Origin: Nitrospirota bacterium
GTDB taxonomy: Bacteria > Nitrospirota > UBA9217
Direction: 5' to 3'
DNA length: 64,000 nucleotides
NCBI GenBank assembly: GCA_963751455.1
Contig: CAVVUN010000015.1
Span: forward strand, 736,001-800,000
The position numbers and the translations under genes are program-made. Below are positions 20,801 through 31,696 of the stretch, piece by piece. A model generated the notes under the pieces. It had not been told where the DNA came from, searched no databases, and worked only from the letters and a program-made list of their open reading frames with translations. Within the stretch, counting starts at the first letter, position 1; each line of letters begins with the position of its first letter.

Positions 20801-21031
20801 GTGTCCGGTCTGCATAATTTAAAGCCTGAGCGCGTGGCCAAGGCATTTGAGCGGGCAGGATGGACCAATGATGGCCGGCGCGGAAGCCATGTAAAACTGA
20901 CCAGGGAAGGAAATGCTCATATTCTTTCAATCCCGGTGCATAAGGGGAAGCCGGTAAAGAAGGGGTTGCTGATCGACCAGATAAAGAAAGCGGGCTTAAC
21001 AGTCGAAGAATTTTTAAAGCTTTACAAATAG
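20801..21031 (+). CDS. hicA: HicA family toxin
   Basis: AFERAGW...GSHVKL...IPVH...GL...IK.AGL; directly follows the HicB fusion. Confidence 0.85.
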   Translation: MSGLHNLKPERVAKAFERAGWTNDGRRGSHVKLTREGNAHILSIPVHKGKPVKKGLLIDQIKKAGLTVEEFLKLYK

Positions 21032-21127
21032 GGGATAACAATAAAGTCATAATTAGAAATAATGTCCCGCAAGTTGCCCGCCACGCAACGGGATGCAATG
21101 ACGTTTCCCTTGTTTCTTTTGACATTG

Positions 21128-21961
21128 TCAACAAATGAGATTTGACCCCATAGGGCATTGCTCGGTATTGTACCAAGGGAAAAAGACTTGGCAGAAACCT
21201 CGGCTGTCCTCGATGCAGCCGAACCGATCGGGGAAATCCGGCCGGTACTTGAGCGTCTTGAATTGTGACTCGGAAAACGGATTATCATCGCTCGTATACG
21301 GCCTGCTGTGAGTCTTCGTGACCCCCAGATCAGCCATGAGCAAGGCAACCGGCTTGGACCTCATGGAAGAGCCGCGGTCCGCGTGAATCGTGAGCTGTCC
21401 TTTTTCGATATTCTGCTTTGCGCAGGTTTCCTTGATAAGCCTTTCCGCCAATGAAGCCGATTCAGCAGGGGCGATCATCCAGCCGACGACGTAGCGGCTG
21501 AAGATGTCCATGATCACGTAGAGGTAAAAATAGGTCCATTTTGCCGGGCCTAAAAGCTTCGTAATGTCCCAGGACCAGACTTGGTTCGGTGCCGTGGCCA
21601 AAAGTTCCGGCTTCTGATACACGGGATGGGTGAGCTGGTTCCTGCGCTCCTTGACCTCCTGGTTTTCGTCGAGGATGCGGTACATGGTGCTTATAGAGCA
21701 GTGATATTCCCCTTCATCCAGAAGGGTTGCATAGACCTCTTGGGGTGCCTTGTCGGTGAAACGGTCGGCATGGAGAATATCGAGTACTCCTTGCCGTTCG
21801 TCTGAAGAGAGTGCACGAGGAGGTCTCGGACGTTTTCTGCGCTCCAGGAGAGGCGCATTTTTTCGTGCCTGCGTCCGGTAGAACCCTGAACGAGGCACAT
21901 CGAGCGATGCACATGCTGATTTGATCCCGATATCACAGGAAAGAGTAAGAGCGGCTTCCAT
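21128..21961 (-). pseudogene. IS3-family OrfB, C-terminally truncated
   Basis: DDE motifs; lacks HRHSG... tail present in the other copy. Confidence 0.85.
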
Positions 21962-22531
21962 TATTCGCTCTCTCCTTTCACCGGGGTCGCAGGCGGGATC
22001 CCCAGAATCTGTGATATTTTTTTTTGAACGTCGATGATAATTTCGGCCTGCCTGAGACGATTGGTAAGCCGTTCATTCTCTTTGCGGAGCTTTTCGTTCT
22101 CTACATGGAGAGGATGGCGGACTGATTCCTTACGCCCTCGCTTCTTGGGCGCGAGGCCGGATAGTACGCCGCGGTCGCGCTGACCTTGCCAGGTTTTGAG
22201 ATTCGATGCATAGAGCCCTTCTCGGCGCAGGAGCGTACCAAGGCACCCCGGCTCATCGCAGGCATCGGCAAGCGTAAGGACTCGAAGCTTGTATTCAGCT
22301 GTAAAACGTCGCCGCACGGCTTTGGCCGGAACCTCGGGGTCCGGCAGGACCGAAGCCATACCTTGATGAGAATTGACTTCTTGCTGGGGCTCGTCCCAGG
22401 GAACCTCAGTCGCCCTACGGGCCCCTTCGTTTCCCTGGGTTGCTTTGATCTTTGTTGCTATCATAAGGTTATTTCCTCCCCCGCCCGCTACTCTAATTTA
22501 CCATAGGGGAGGTGTCTCAGTCATATTGACA
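21163..22531 (-). mobile_element. IS3-family element, 3'-truncated, related to 4920..6504
   Basis: same left end (TGTCAATATGACTGAGACACC); similarity stops after WYNTE. Confidence 0.8.
21961..22464 (-). CDS. IS3-family OrfA
   Basis: RRRFTAEYK HTH, coiled coil, IIDVQKK; TAATG coupling to orfB. Confidence 0.85.
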   Translation of the reverse strand: MIATKIKATQGNEGARRATEVPWDEPQQEVNSHQGMASVLPDPEVPAKAVRRRFTAEYKLRVLTLADACDEPGCLGTLLRREGLYASNLKTWQGQRDRGVLSGLAPKKRGRKESVRHPLHVENEKLRKENERLTNRLRQAEIIIDVQKKISQILGIPPATPVKGESE

Positions 22532-22539
22532 CAGAGGGT

Positions 22540-22998
22540 GTGCGAGCAGGCGAAATAGGCACAGAAGAGTTTCAGCGTAAACAAAGAGAATTCCTCGATT
22601 TTTACGCCGAGTCACGAGGTCGTCGTAAGGGTCAGAGGTCAGGCCAGATAGACTATCTTTCGAGACATGGCGAAGTCGTCGACGCATTGCGTGCTTGGCG
22701 AAACTTAAGCCCCATTCCGAAAGGCGGTCGCTTGGTCAAGAACGTTTTTATTGATCTTGGCGTTGCAGTAGGTCGTGATCTGGTCGAGGTGTTTGAAATA
22801 AAAACAAGCGCTGCACGATCCGATATCTATGGTGCATTAGGCCAGCTAATGGTGCATGGAACGGCGGCAGTTTCTAAAAAAGTAATCGTCCTGCCGCATG
22901 ATGAATCCATTGCTTCAGATTTAATGTTCGCGCTTCATCGCCTTGGCATTGAGCTCCTGCATTTTAAACTGGACGAAGAAAAAGCTGTTATTGTTTGA
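22540..22998 (+). pseudogene. C-terminal part of a PD-(D/E)XK nuclease-like gene cut by the IS
   Basis: IDL...VFEIKT...IY.A.GQL motif; reading frame starts at the IS end. Confidence 0.6.
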
Positions 22999-23259
22999 TG
23001 CTATTGCGGTATTTTCACGTCGATACTTAGGCTTTGATCGTTTTAACGTTATCACTGAATTAAAAATATAACGGCTCGACTATTACTACAGGGAGATTTT
23101 TTCGTTAAGGCTCGAAAAAATGTAAAGAACGACCCTCTACAGTAACCTCACATGTAGTCGGATGCAAAGATTCCGATGGCCGTTTTCTTTATAGCCGGCA
23201 AGTTCAATTTTGTAAAAAAAGCTTTACAAATATTTTTTTTTCACTATGCTACTATACAA

Positions 23260-23886
23260 ATGTCTAGTAATAACATACTTACCCCCAAACAAACGCGAAT
23301 TTATCAATATATTCAAAAATGCAGACGCGAGAGTAACACTGCGCCAACATATAGAGAAATTGCAGAAGAATTCGGATTCAAAAGCCCGAAGGCGGCTGAA
23401 GATCACGTTAGTGCTCTAGAAAAAAAGGGCTATGTACGTCGTCGCTGTGGGCGCTCTCGTGGCATTGAATTACTCATTCACGAAATCCCAAATTCCAATA
23501 CTGTTACCATACCAATTCTAGGCAACATTCAAGCAGGACCACCACAGTATCAAGTAGAAAATTTGTCCGGGACACTTGCTATAGACGAGGCAATAATTGG
23601 AAAAGTCAAGGGACACAGATTATTTGCCTTAAGAGTCAACGGCGATTCTATGGATGGACGTAGCATCCATGATGGTGATTGGGTTGTTGCAGACGTCGAT
23701 GCTATGCCGCATGAAGGAGACGTAGTCGTAGCCTTGATCGACGGCCAAAACACGCTGAAGACTCTTATCAAGCGAAAAGGTGGATATTTACTAAAGGCGG
23801 AAAACGCGAAGTATTCAGATTTGATTCCTTCAAAAGAAATGAGGATACAAGGCGTCGTGAAAGTGCTTTACAGGCGCGTGAGTTAA
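23260..23886 (+). CDS. lexA: LexA-family repressor
   Basis: LT.KQ..I...PTYREIA..FGFKS...H..ALEKKGY; AG cleavage site, GDSM Ser, TLK Lys. Confidence 0.88.
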   Translation: MSSNNILTPKQTRIYQYIQKCRRESNTAPTYREIAEEFGFKSPKAAEDHVSALEKKGYVRRRCGRSRGIELLIHEIPNSNTVTIPILGNIQAGPPQYQVENLSGTLAIDEAIIGKVKGHRLFALRVNGDSMDGRSIHDGDWVVADVDAMPHEGDVVVALIDGQNTLKTLIKRKGGYLLKAENAKYSDLIPSKEMRIQGVVKVLYRRVS

Positions 23887-23890
23887 TCAA

Positions 23891-26800
23891 ATGACAAAGA
23901 CTTCAGAACTTGTACAAGCCCATATTTCGTCTACAGCCGGGATGGTTTTTTATTCTTCGCTTGAAGCGGCCCAAACCAGTGTTAGCTTGTTGGGCTATAT
24001 ATCGGTTATCAATCGTGCTTGGGAGGAAATGAATCTTAGTGGTGTGCTCTGCTTAGATGGTCGTCCAATACTTTATCTTAAAGAATTTAACCGCCAATTC
24101 GCTCCAACAGAACGGATCCAAATTCAAAGACTGTTCTGGAATCAGGGAGTAGCAAATATCCTTGTCTTGGCTGATCCTACCGCTGTTTACATATATTCCG
24201 GGCTCGCAAAACCGCCGAAGGATGCCACAGTAAAAGATGAAGAATCTGTGCTGATCGAAACATTGACACGAGTGAATTATGTTCAGCGAATTCAATCTTT
24301 TTATCACAACCTTGCGACGGGCAACTATTACGAGGCAAAAAGCAAGTATTTCGACCCTAACCAGTCTGTAGATTCCTGGCTTCTAGATAATCTTCGCGCT
24401 TTACGAAATGCATTAATTACGGGCAACGAAAAACTGGAAGTGAAACATGCTCACGCCTTTATTGGTCGAGTTCTTTTTCTTTGTTACCTTCTTGACCGCG
24501 GGATAGTACCGCTCGTTGAAGCTGATATAAAACGTACCGGGACGATGGTTCTGGCCGATATATTAGAGGGGCTTGGCACACACAAGTCTAAAATAAATTA
24601 TCTTTACGATGAGCTTTTTTCGGATTTAAAGATACGGTTCAATGGAAATATGTTCGACCAGGATCTGGCATCAGAAAAACTCCTTATACGTCGACATCAC
24701 CTCGATACGCTAACGCAATTTCTTGGAGGACATAACGTAGCGACTGGGCAGCGTACATTGGGTTTTTGGGCTTATGACTTCAAGATGATTCCTGTTGAAA
24801 CAATCAGCGCCATTTATCAAGACTTTCTGGCAACTGAGGACCGTGTAAATCAGCAGAAGCGCGGCGCTTTCTATACGCCACGATTCTTGGCGGAGATGGT
24901 TGTCGACATAGCGCTTAGCGACGAACGGAATGCTCTTGATTGGAGATTTTTAGATCCGTCATGCGGATCAGGCATTTTTTTAGTTATTCTATTTAATCGT
25001 CTGGCAAATAATTGGATATACTCTCAATCTGGCACAATTCATTATGCAAGAAAAGCAAAAGCACTTCAAGAGATTCTGGCAAGGCAGATTCGGGGCGTAG
25101 ACGTCGAGGAAACAGCTTGCAGAATAGCCTGTTTCAGTCTTTACTTAGCGTACTTAGATTTCTTTAACCCACCAGATATCCAAAGTTACATAGAAAAAAC
25201 CGGAAAACCATTGCCTAGCCTCCTTAATTATGGAGATGAACCAAAACGACCAAAAGCAGTAATTCCTGTTATACACAAAGCTGATTTTCTCGATCAAAAA
25301 ACCTTGTCGGATGAGGCCTTCGATTGCATTATTGGAAATCCTCCTTGGGAAGGCAGACAAAGCAAGCAGCTTGCCCTTAGGTTCATTAAAGAAGCACCAC
25401 GTTTGCTTAAATATAAAGGGATAGGATGCCTTCTTCTGCCGTCCAAGATTCTTCAGAACCAAACTGATGCTTTTCAGGCTGACTGGCTTCAGCGAGTCTC
25501 ATTGGAAAAGATTTTTCAGCTTGCTGATTACCGGTTTCTTTTATTTCAAAATGCCTTGAGCCCTGCGATCATTGCACGTTTTAGAAATGAACGTCCGAAT
25601 GTGCGCCAACACCAACTTGAGTTTGCAGCGCCGAAATTCAACAGAGATGGGTTGCGCCAAGGTATCATTTCCATTAGTCCTTCCGCACGCACGTGGATAC
25701 CACTCGGTGATATTCTTGCCGCTACGAAAACAAAAACTGCACCTATTGTTTGGAAGCGGCATCTTTGGGGTTCATCCCGAGACCAAAAATTGCTTACCCT
25801 TTTATTGTCTTTGCCAAAACTTTCGGATCTAGCTGGCACGCCTGACGAAAAAAAGAGATGGATAAAAGGAATCGGATTTCAACCGTACTATCCCGAAAAA
25901 GCTGAAAAGTCTTCCACCTATCCTAAGCCATTACGGAATCCTTGGCCGTCTTCTACACCTTTTACTGAAGCAGGGCAACACCTTCAGTTACTCGTATTCC
26001 CATCAGATTGTAGAACTCTAAAGGAACGACTACAGAAAATCGGCGCGTCAACGGAACATTTACGGCGTGTTCCAAACAAAAAATTATTCAAACAGCCTTT
26101 GGTTTTAATCAGCAAAGGGTTCGGCAAAGTGGCATATTGCGATATTGACATCGTATTTGAGGATGCCTTGCGATCTATTTCTGGACCAGAATCTGACTCG
26201 CATCTTCTCATATTTCTTGCTGCGTATTTAAGGTCGCACCTAGCGTCGTACTTCTTGTTCCATACTTCTGCAAATTGGGGGAGCGAGAGAGATCAGGTCC
26301 ATCTCGGCGAACTGCTAAGAGTTCCCTTTCCCTTGCCCGATGCTGATACAGTTTCTCCCGATGCGAAACAAATTGTGAAGCAAGTCGTTAAAATTGTCGA
26401 AAAGCTGAGGGATAATTTAAATGACAAGTTAAACAATATTAGTAGACACCGCATATCGAGTATTGCTCCATTGCCGACCGATAGGGAATGGCTGGAAGAG
26501 CGAAGGCGGCAAGTTGACGCTGCTCAAAGCGAGATAGAGCCATTGATGTACAAATATTTTGGATTAACGGAACAGGAAATGATGCTTGTAGAAGATACAA
26601 TTCAGATTTTCGAACCAAGCTCTACTCCCACGACATGGCTATCTCCTAATTTAGTAACGCTGGAAAATGTAGAGCGCACGAAAGTCAAAGATTATGTTGG
26701 TTACGGTTTAAAAACATATGCCGACACGATCGCTTCAACTTTAAACTCATGGGCAAAGGCCGAGAAATCTTCGCATCGTGTGACTGCAGACAGCTCAACA

Positions 26801-27100
26801 GACAAGGATACTGGGTTAGGTATGGTTACGATAAGACTGTCAAATCATAAAACAAATTATTATCAAAAAATTCCTTCCAGGCGACTCGCTACTGTCTTAA
26901 AGCAATTCTATAGAGATAGTGTTAAAAAACAAGGAAACCTCGTTTACGAGCGTGACGTTTTCTTTTCCCATCGAAACCTGATCTATTATATTGTTCGCAC
27001 GAATATCCTTATGAATTGGACGCGAACAGCCGCACTTAATGATGCAGCAAGGATATACGGTGAAATTGCCTTGGCAGGAAGAGGCGTTAATGAAAAATGA
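23891..27100 (+). CDS. large N6-adenine DNA methyltransferase with probable TRD (type IIG-like)
   Basis: GAFYTP, FLDPSCGSG (motif I), IGNPPW (motif IV); lower GC than flanks. Confidence 0.9.
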   Translation: MTKTSELVQAHISSTAGMVFYSSLEAAQTSVSLLGYISVINRAWEEMNLSGVLCLDGRPILYLKEFNRQFAPTERIQIQRLFWNQGVANILVLADPTAVYIYSGLAKPPKDATVKDEESVLIETLTRVNYVQRIQSFYHNLATGNYYEAKSKYFDPNQSVDSWLLDNLRALRNALITGNEKLEVKHAHAFIGRVLFLCYLLDRGIVPLVEADIKRTGTMVLADILEGLGTHKSKINYLYDELFSDLKIRFNGNMFDQDLASEKLLIRRHHLDTLTQFLGGHNVATGQRTLGFWAYDFKMIPVETISAIYQDFLATEDRVNQQKRGAFYTPRFLAEMVVDIALSDERNALDWRFLDPSCGSGIFLVILFNRLANNWIYSQSGTIHYARKAKALQEILARQIRGVDVEETACRIACFSLYLAYLDFFNPPDIQSYIEKTGKPLPSLLNYGDEPKRPKAVIPVIHKADFLDQKTLSDEAFDCIIGNPPWEGRQSKQLALRFIKEAPRLLKYKGIGCLLLPSKILQNQTDAFQADWLQRVSLEKIFQLADYRFLLFQNALSPAIIARFRNERPNVRQHQLEFAAPKFNRDGLRQGIISISPSARTWIPLGDILAATKTKTAPIVWKRHLWGSSRDQKLLTLLLSLPKLSDLAGTPDEKKRWIKGIGFQPYYPEKAEKSSTYPKPLRNPWPSSTPFTEAGQHLQLLVFPSDCRTLKERLQKIGASTEHLRRVPNKKLFKQPLVLISKGFGKVAYCDIDIVFEDALRSISGPESDSHLLIFLAAYLRSHLASYFLFHTSANWGSERDQVHLGELLRVPFPLPDADTVSPDAKQIVKQVVKIVEKLRDNLNDKLNNISRHRISSIAPLPTDREWLEERRRQVDAAQSEIEPLMYKYFGLTEQEMMLVEDTIQIFEPSSTPTTWLSPNLVTLENVERTKVKDYVGYGLKTYADTIASTLNSWAKAEKSSHRVTADSSTDKDTGLGMVTIRLSNHKTNYYQKIPSRRLATVLKQFYRDSVKKQGNLVYERDVFFSHRNLIYYIVRTNILMNWTRTAALNDAARIYGEIALAGRGVNEK

Positions 27101-27728
27101 TGCCAAGGATCTAAAAAAACTCTTCCCCCGAGGACAAATACCAATTATTTTGTCATCCATTCTGGAAGCAGGTAGAAGTCTCAAAAAACGAAAAGAACGA
27201 GATAGAGAAGACTGGATAACTCGACGATTGGTAGCGAGATTAGCAAGGATTCCTGTTTTCCGAGATGGGCCAATGCTGGACGTTCGCTGTCAGCCTGAAA
27301 TTCTCTCCGCTGATCCGGACTCAAACTATCCTGCCGGCAGAATAGACATTTTGATATCGTGTGGACGGGGAGTGGAAGTTTATTTCGCAATTGAAGCAAA
27401 AAGATTGCGAGTGCGTTCATCTAGCGGCAGATTAGTTTTGGCCAATAAAGGATACGTAGTGGCTGGCATGATGCGTTTTGTTACAGGTCAGTATGCTCCG
27501 TACATGCGAGCTGGCGCGATGCTCTCTTATGTGTATGACGGGAAGACAGACAATGCGCGTACTGATGTCGATAATATCGTGCAAAGCAGTGAGTTGGAAC
27601 TCAAACTCGAACCGCCAAAGCATTTGAAGCAATCAAACATTCTTTCTGATGGTTCCGTCAGTGAGACTCATCACAAATTGAGCCAGGATCGTTCTTTTAT
27701 TATTTATCATCTTTTCTTAAGCATTTAG
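27090..27728 (+). CDS. putative PD-(D/E)XK nuclease
   Basis: GRIDI...FAIEAKRL; overlaps methyltransferase stop. Confidence 0.7.
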   Translation: MKNDAKDLKKLFPRGQIPIILSSILEAGRSLKKRKERDREDWITRRLVARLARIPVFRDGPMLDVRCQPEILSADPDSNYPAGRIDILISCGRGVEVYFAIEAKRLRVRSSSGRLVLANKGYVVAGMMRFVTGQYAPYMRAGAMLSYVYDGKTDNARTDVDNIVQSSELELKLEPPKHLKQSNILSDGSVSETHHKLSQDRSFIIYHLFLSI

Positions 27729-28040
27729 ACGTGAAGAGCAAGGTTCATCCCTATCTACCAGGTTGATTCAGCCTATCCCCTCAAGTCCTCATGCCGCCGA
27801 AAATCAAAACACATTGGATTTGCTTTTGCAGTGATGTATGGCTATCCTTATTCCCACTTTCGACCTACCCTGCGGACGTAAGCCCGCCATGGAATTAACC
27901 CCACCGTGGAGAGGTGATAGAATTTAAATGTAAGGAAGAATTGTTGAATATTAAGTTCACTTGTACGCCGGTAATGAACATGCCCTTAAAATACAAATCA
28001 ACGACTCGTACAAAAATTGTAACCAGTGATGAAATAAGCA

Positions 28041-28361
28041 ATGAAGCGTTGTTGGCTTTCCTTAAAGTCATTCGAGATAACCAAGCGCTCTATATGCGCC
28101 ACCAATTATACTTTACTTCTTTACGGTTCGGCGTTTTTCATCGCACAGCACTCTGTCCCTGAAGCTTTCCTAAAAATCACATGTATAGTAATAGCTATTG
28201 CTGCAATGCTTGTAATTTTGGGACTTAAAAGTTCTATCAAAGAGCAACAATACATGGCGGAATATATTTATGAAAATATTGTAATAATACACGGTATTAT
28301 TGACCATGGTGTGAAAGAGTTAAGGGAACAGAATAAATTTTATCAAAGGTTAGAATTATAG
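28041..28361 (+). CDS. small AT-rich membrane hypothetical protein
   Basis: two hydrophobic segments; start uncertain, may be frameshifted from ~27980. Confidence 0.35.
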   Translation: MKRCWLSLKSFEITKRSICATNYTLLLYGSAFFIAQHSVPEAFLKITCIVIAIAAMLVILGLKSSIKEQQYMAEYIYENIVIIHGIIDHGVKELREQNKFYQRLEL

Positions 28362-28687
28362 GGGATATAACCTGGATATTTATTTCTATAATAATTGTTG
28401 GTCTTATTTTTGTAATTTGGGCTCTATAAAGAGTGCAACTGCGGACAAAAAACTTTAACAATCAAGTCAGAGTTACAACCAGTATTTGATGCTTGCTTCG
28501 CCTGATCGAAATTGCACACTTGTAGGTGTAAACAGCAACTGGCAGTTCCATGTAACTGTGTCCCCGTCTCATCCTTACTTCCGTTTTACTCCCTCCCGCA
28601 TTAGTCTTATCTCTCTGTAAACAGAAACAGCGTTGATCCATGATATCCTGAAATAAAAAGATATACTTCTGCAAGGAGGAAAACGCT

Positions 28688-29106
28688 GTGACTGTGAAAA
28701 ATTACGATCTCGTTGTCATCGGCTCCGGATCGGCCGGTTCCCTGACAGCATACAGGTCAAGAGGACCTTTACCGATCCGGTGCCTCGTGAACGGGAAAAG
28801 GATTTTGTGGAAGATGGGATTGCGGCCTTCCACGCCCGGGTCCGGTTCCTTGATGGATCAACCCTAGCCGCGGGCGAGGACCTGCTCAAGGCCCGGCATT
28901 TCGTGATCGCGGCGGGCGCGAAACCCGTAGCGCTCGATATCCCCGGAGAAGAGTTCCTTACCACGAGCACTCAGTTCCTCGCACTCGAGGACCTGCCTAA
29001 TAAGATCGTGTTTGTAGGCGGCGGCTACATCGCCTTCGAATTCGCAAACATCGCGGCCAGGGACAAAACTTCCGAAACTTCCGGGACATCGCGGCCAGGG
29101 ACGTAG
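28688..29106 (+). pseudogene. pyridine nucleotide-disulfide oxidoreductase remnant
   Basis: AGGAGG RBS; YDLVVIGSGSAG, internal deletion, then VIAAGAKP...VFVGGGYIAFEFA, truncated. Confidence 0.7.
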
Positions 29107-29229
29107 TGACTGAAATGGACTAAAAATTAATTATGCAGCCGCTCGTTACTTCTTCACATCTTTCAACCCGTAATTGCTATAGAGGATATTTCTATACGCA
29201 GCCCAGGCACTGCGGAACTGCCTCCCTTC

Positions 29230-29256
29230 TTGACACGCTTTACCATTTATGGTAAA
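29230..29256 (+). promoter_or_regulatory. TA promoter with operator palindrome
   Basis: TTGACA followed by TTTACCAT-tt-ATGGTAAA. Confidence 0.55.
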
Positions 29257-29285
29257 AGTAAAGCAGGTAAAAGGGAGGTGTTTCC

Positions 29286-29507
29286 ATGCAGACTACGGTA
29301 CGGCTCAGCTCAAAAAACCAGATTGTTCTACCCCGGGAGGCCAGGGAGGCGATGCACCTCAAAGGACGCGATGAGCTCCTCGTCGTCGTGAAGAACGATG
29401 TTGCCATAATCATGCCGAAGCCGGAAAGTTATCGGGCTGCCCTGTCGGGCATGGGGAAGGGAATCTACCCGCAAGCCCATCTTGGGAAGGAACGCAGATC
29501 GTGGTAG
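29286..29507 (+). CDS. AbrB/MazE-type antitoxin
   Basis: LSSKNQIVLPREAREAM.LK..D.L. Confidence 0.85.
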   Translation: MQTTVRLSSKNQIVLPREAREAMHLKGRDELLVVVKNDVAIIMPKPESYRAALSGMGKGIYPQAHLGKERRSW

Positions 29508-29956
29508 AACCGCCCTCGCTGGAGGGGTTTCTGAAGAGACACCCTCTCGTATTCCTCGATACGAGCGCATTCATCTATTTTGTTGAAAATCATCCCCGCT
29601 ATTCGCCCTTCTGTGAAACCCTGTTCAGCCGCATTGAGTCCGGAAAGACACGTGCCGCGACATCGACACTCAGCTTGCTCGAAGTCCTGGTACAGCCTTA
29701 TCGGCAAAAGCATGACGATCTTGTCGCGAAATTCTACGCTTTACTGACAAGCTATCCTCATCTCACCTGGGTCCCCATGACACTGAATGTCGCCGACCAT
29801 GCCGCCAGGCTCCGTGCGGAACACCGGTTAAAGACACCTGATTCCATTCAGGCTGCCTCGGCAATTGCCTGCGGCGCGACCGGCTTTATCTGTAATGACA
29901 AGGTGTTTGAAAAAGTAAAAAAGTTTGCAAGTCTCGTTATCAACGACTACATCTGA
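29501..29956 (+). CDS. vapC: PIN-domain (VapC) toxin
   Basis: FLDTSAFIY, E.LV.P, LKTPDSIQAASA, CND. Confidence 0.88.
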   Translation: MVEPPSLEGFLKRHPLVFLDTSAFIYFVENHPRYSPFCETLFSRIESGKTRAATSTLSLLEVLVQPYRQKHDDLVAKFYALLTSYPHLTWVPMTLNVADHAARLRAEHRLKTPDSIQAASAIACGATGFICNDKVFEKVKKFASLVINDYI

Positions 29957-30114
29957 CGCAGGCATTATTCCATACTGCCTCGCCTAATCCATCCCGCCCT
30001 CTTTCAAGGTATAGGCCTTCACATCGCAAAATCCTAAAACCGCGGCTGGCTACATAATGCATAGAACTCGTCAAAAAAATCACCAATGATATTCGGCCTG
30101 TTGAGGCCATTCAT

Positions 30115-30278
30115 CCTAAAAACGGCATTTGAACACGGATGAACACGGAAACAGCGGATCAAAACAATGTGATAGAGCAAAAAGCCATCTCGCCTTTTGG
30201 GTGAATCCATTACTGTTCGTAACTTCCTATAAATCCGTGTTGATCAGATTTTATCCGTGTCCAACTGCTTTTTTCAGG
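30115..30278. mobile_element. 164-bp MITE-like element, copy 1
   Basis: matches 60305..60468; imperfect TIRs (CCT...AGG); flanked by TTCAT direct repeat. Confidence 0.85.
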
Positions 30279-30344
30279 TTCATTGACAAGTTCTCTTTGT
30301 GCTTTATGTGCTTTTTGTGGCTGAACTGCTTTAGTCTGCTGGCG

Positions 30345-30494
30345 TCAAATACGCTGTATCAAATACGCTGTATCAAATACTACAGGGCATGGAGCAGTCG
30401 CTCCACAAGTCCAGTGGTGGCTTTTTTTATCGGCAAACAAGTTTCTGAATATGTTAAAAAAGTTACTAGGCCGCTGGTTGGCCTGCGTTTTGCT
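30345..30494 (+). promoter_or_regulatory. activator box (30369-30384, preceded by 14-bp tandem repeats) and sigma54 promoter (30478-30494)
   Basis: TGTATCAAATACTACA; TTGGCCTGCGTTTTGCT GG-N10-GC. Confidence 0.7.
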
Positions 30495-30539
30495 ACAATT
30501 TGATATGAGTATAATCAAAGCATAGAGGGAGGTAATGCC

Positions 30540-30721
30540 ATGGATTGGCTCAGAGAAAATTTGTTCTTCCTCATATTTTTCATCCTTTTTATCGCCATGC
30601 ACCTGTTCGGCCACGGCATGCACGGAGGCCATGGCGGGCACGGGGAAGAAGATGAACAGCGGGGCATGGTGAAGGACAGGGCGGAAAAAAGGACAAGGAA
30701 GGAGGCCACGGATGCTGCTGA
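30540..30721 (+). CDS. DUF2933-like small His-rich membrane protein (frameshift ~30663)
   Basis: MDWL.EN...MHLFGHGMHGGHGGH; adjacent frame ends GGHGCC-stop. Confidence 0.65.
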
Positions 30722-30723
30722 AA

Positions 30724-31098
30724 ATGAAGGTGGTAAGCTGGTCATTGGGAATATTTTTTGCGATTTCTTTTATCCTCTGCGTTCTGTACGGGCTGGTCGT
30801 GCCTCCGAGACTTCACGGCATGTCGGCATTCCTGGAGGCGGTGCTTCCGGCTTTCAAATGGCTGACCTTCGGGGGATTTGTTCTCGGCCTCGTGGAGAGC
30901 TTTCTCTACGGAGTATATATCGGCATTGTATTCGTTCCGGTATATAATTTCATCAACAGAAGATGGGGATACGCGAGAGATGAAGTGAGGCGTATGATGC
31001 ATGGCAGAAAGAGTGGTACTCATATGCATACGGTTTTTGGAGCCTGGTATATTGTCAATATCACGGCATGTTCGCTATCTTTCTCCGGAGCTTTCTGA
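30724..31098 (+). CDS. DUF5676-like membrane protein
   Basis: SF.LCV...LPAFKWLT..GF..GLVESF.YG.Y...VYN; tail after RRWG may be non-native. Confidence 0.7.
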   Translation: MKVVSWSLGIFFAISFILCVLYGLVVPPRLHGMSAFLEAVLPAFKWLTFGGFVLGLVESFLYGVYIGIVFVPVYNFINRRWGYARDEVRRMMHGRKSGTHMHTVFGAWYIVNITACSLSFSGAF

Positions 31099-31696
31099 CC
31101 CCTGTGAAAGACGGAAAGTGGCGCTCCATGGGAGTGACGTCTTGCAAACTTCGTTGCCACGCGTGGAGATGTACTGCGGTTACCGCTCACGAATTTATCT
31201 GCCTTACAGAAGAAGTGGGGCCTGCGGCAGCAAGTATCCCGCAGTGATGACCGACGCAATGCTTGATCAGGCCCGCAGGCGAGTTGCGGACAACTGTGGC
31301 TCGAATGTGGAGTTCGGCGAGCGATGCCGCTGAATCAAATTCCGTCAAAGGTCGGCGGAATCATCCATCTTTCGCATACGGATCGTATCGTCGGGTTTGA
31401 TGATGATCCGGAACGGCTGTAAGGCCTGATCCACGGAGAAAAGGCGCGCTGGTGACTACCGGACCGTATGAAAATGTCGTCAACCGCAGTATTCAGGTCT
31501 CTTTCTGTGTAATGATCGGTATGCTGATCCAGTGGCCCACGATCATAACGGCGTCTGATGTTCCCCGTGCTCATCTATGTTTATTACCGTCTATCCAAGA
31601 GAGAAGAAGAGGAGATGATTAAAACATTTGGAGATGAGTACTGCGGTATAGAGGAAAGACACCGATGTTCGTGCCGAAAATGGGGAGGTGAAGATC

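Noticed and set aside
30129-30503. ORFs starting MNTDEHGNSG (also 60319..60669)
   Set aside because: They are translations of the non-coding MITE with TTG starts and no RBS.
31100-31600. Short ORFs on both strands
   Set aside because: No motifs, RBS or consistent frame; probably degraded foreign sequence.
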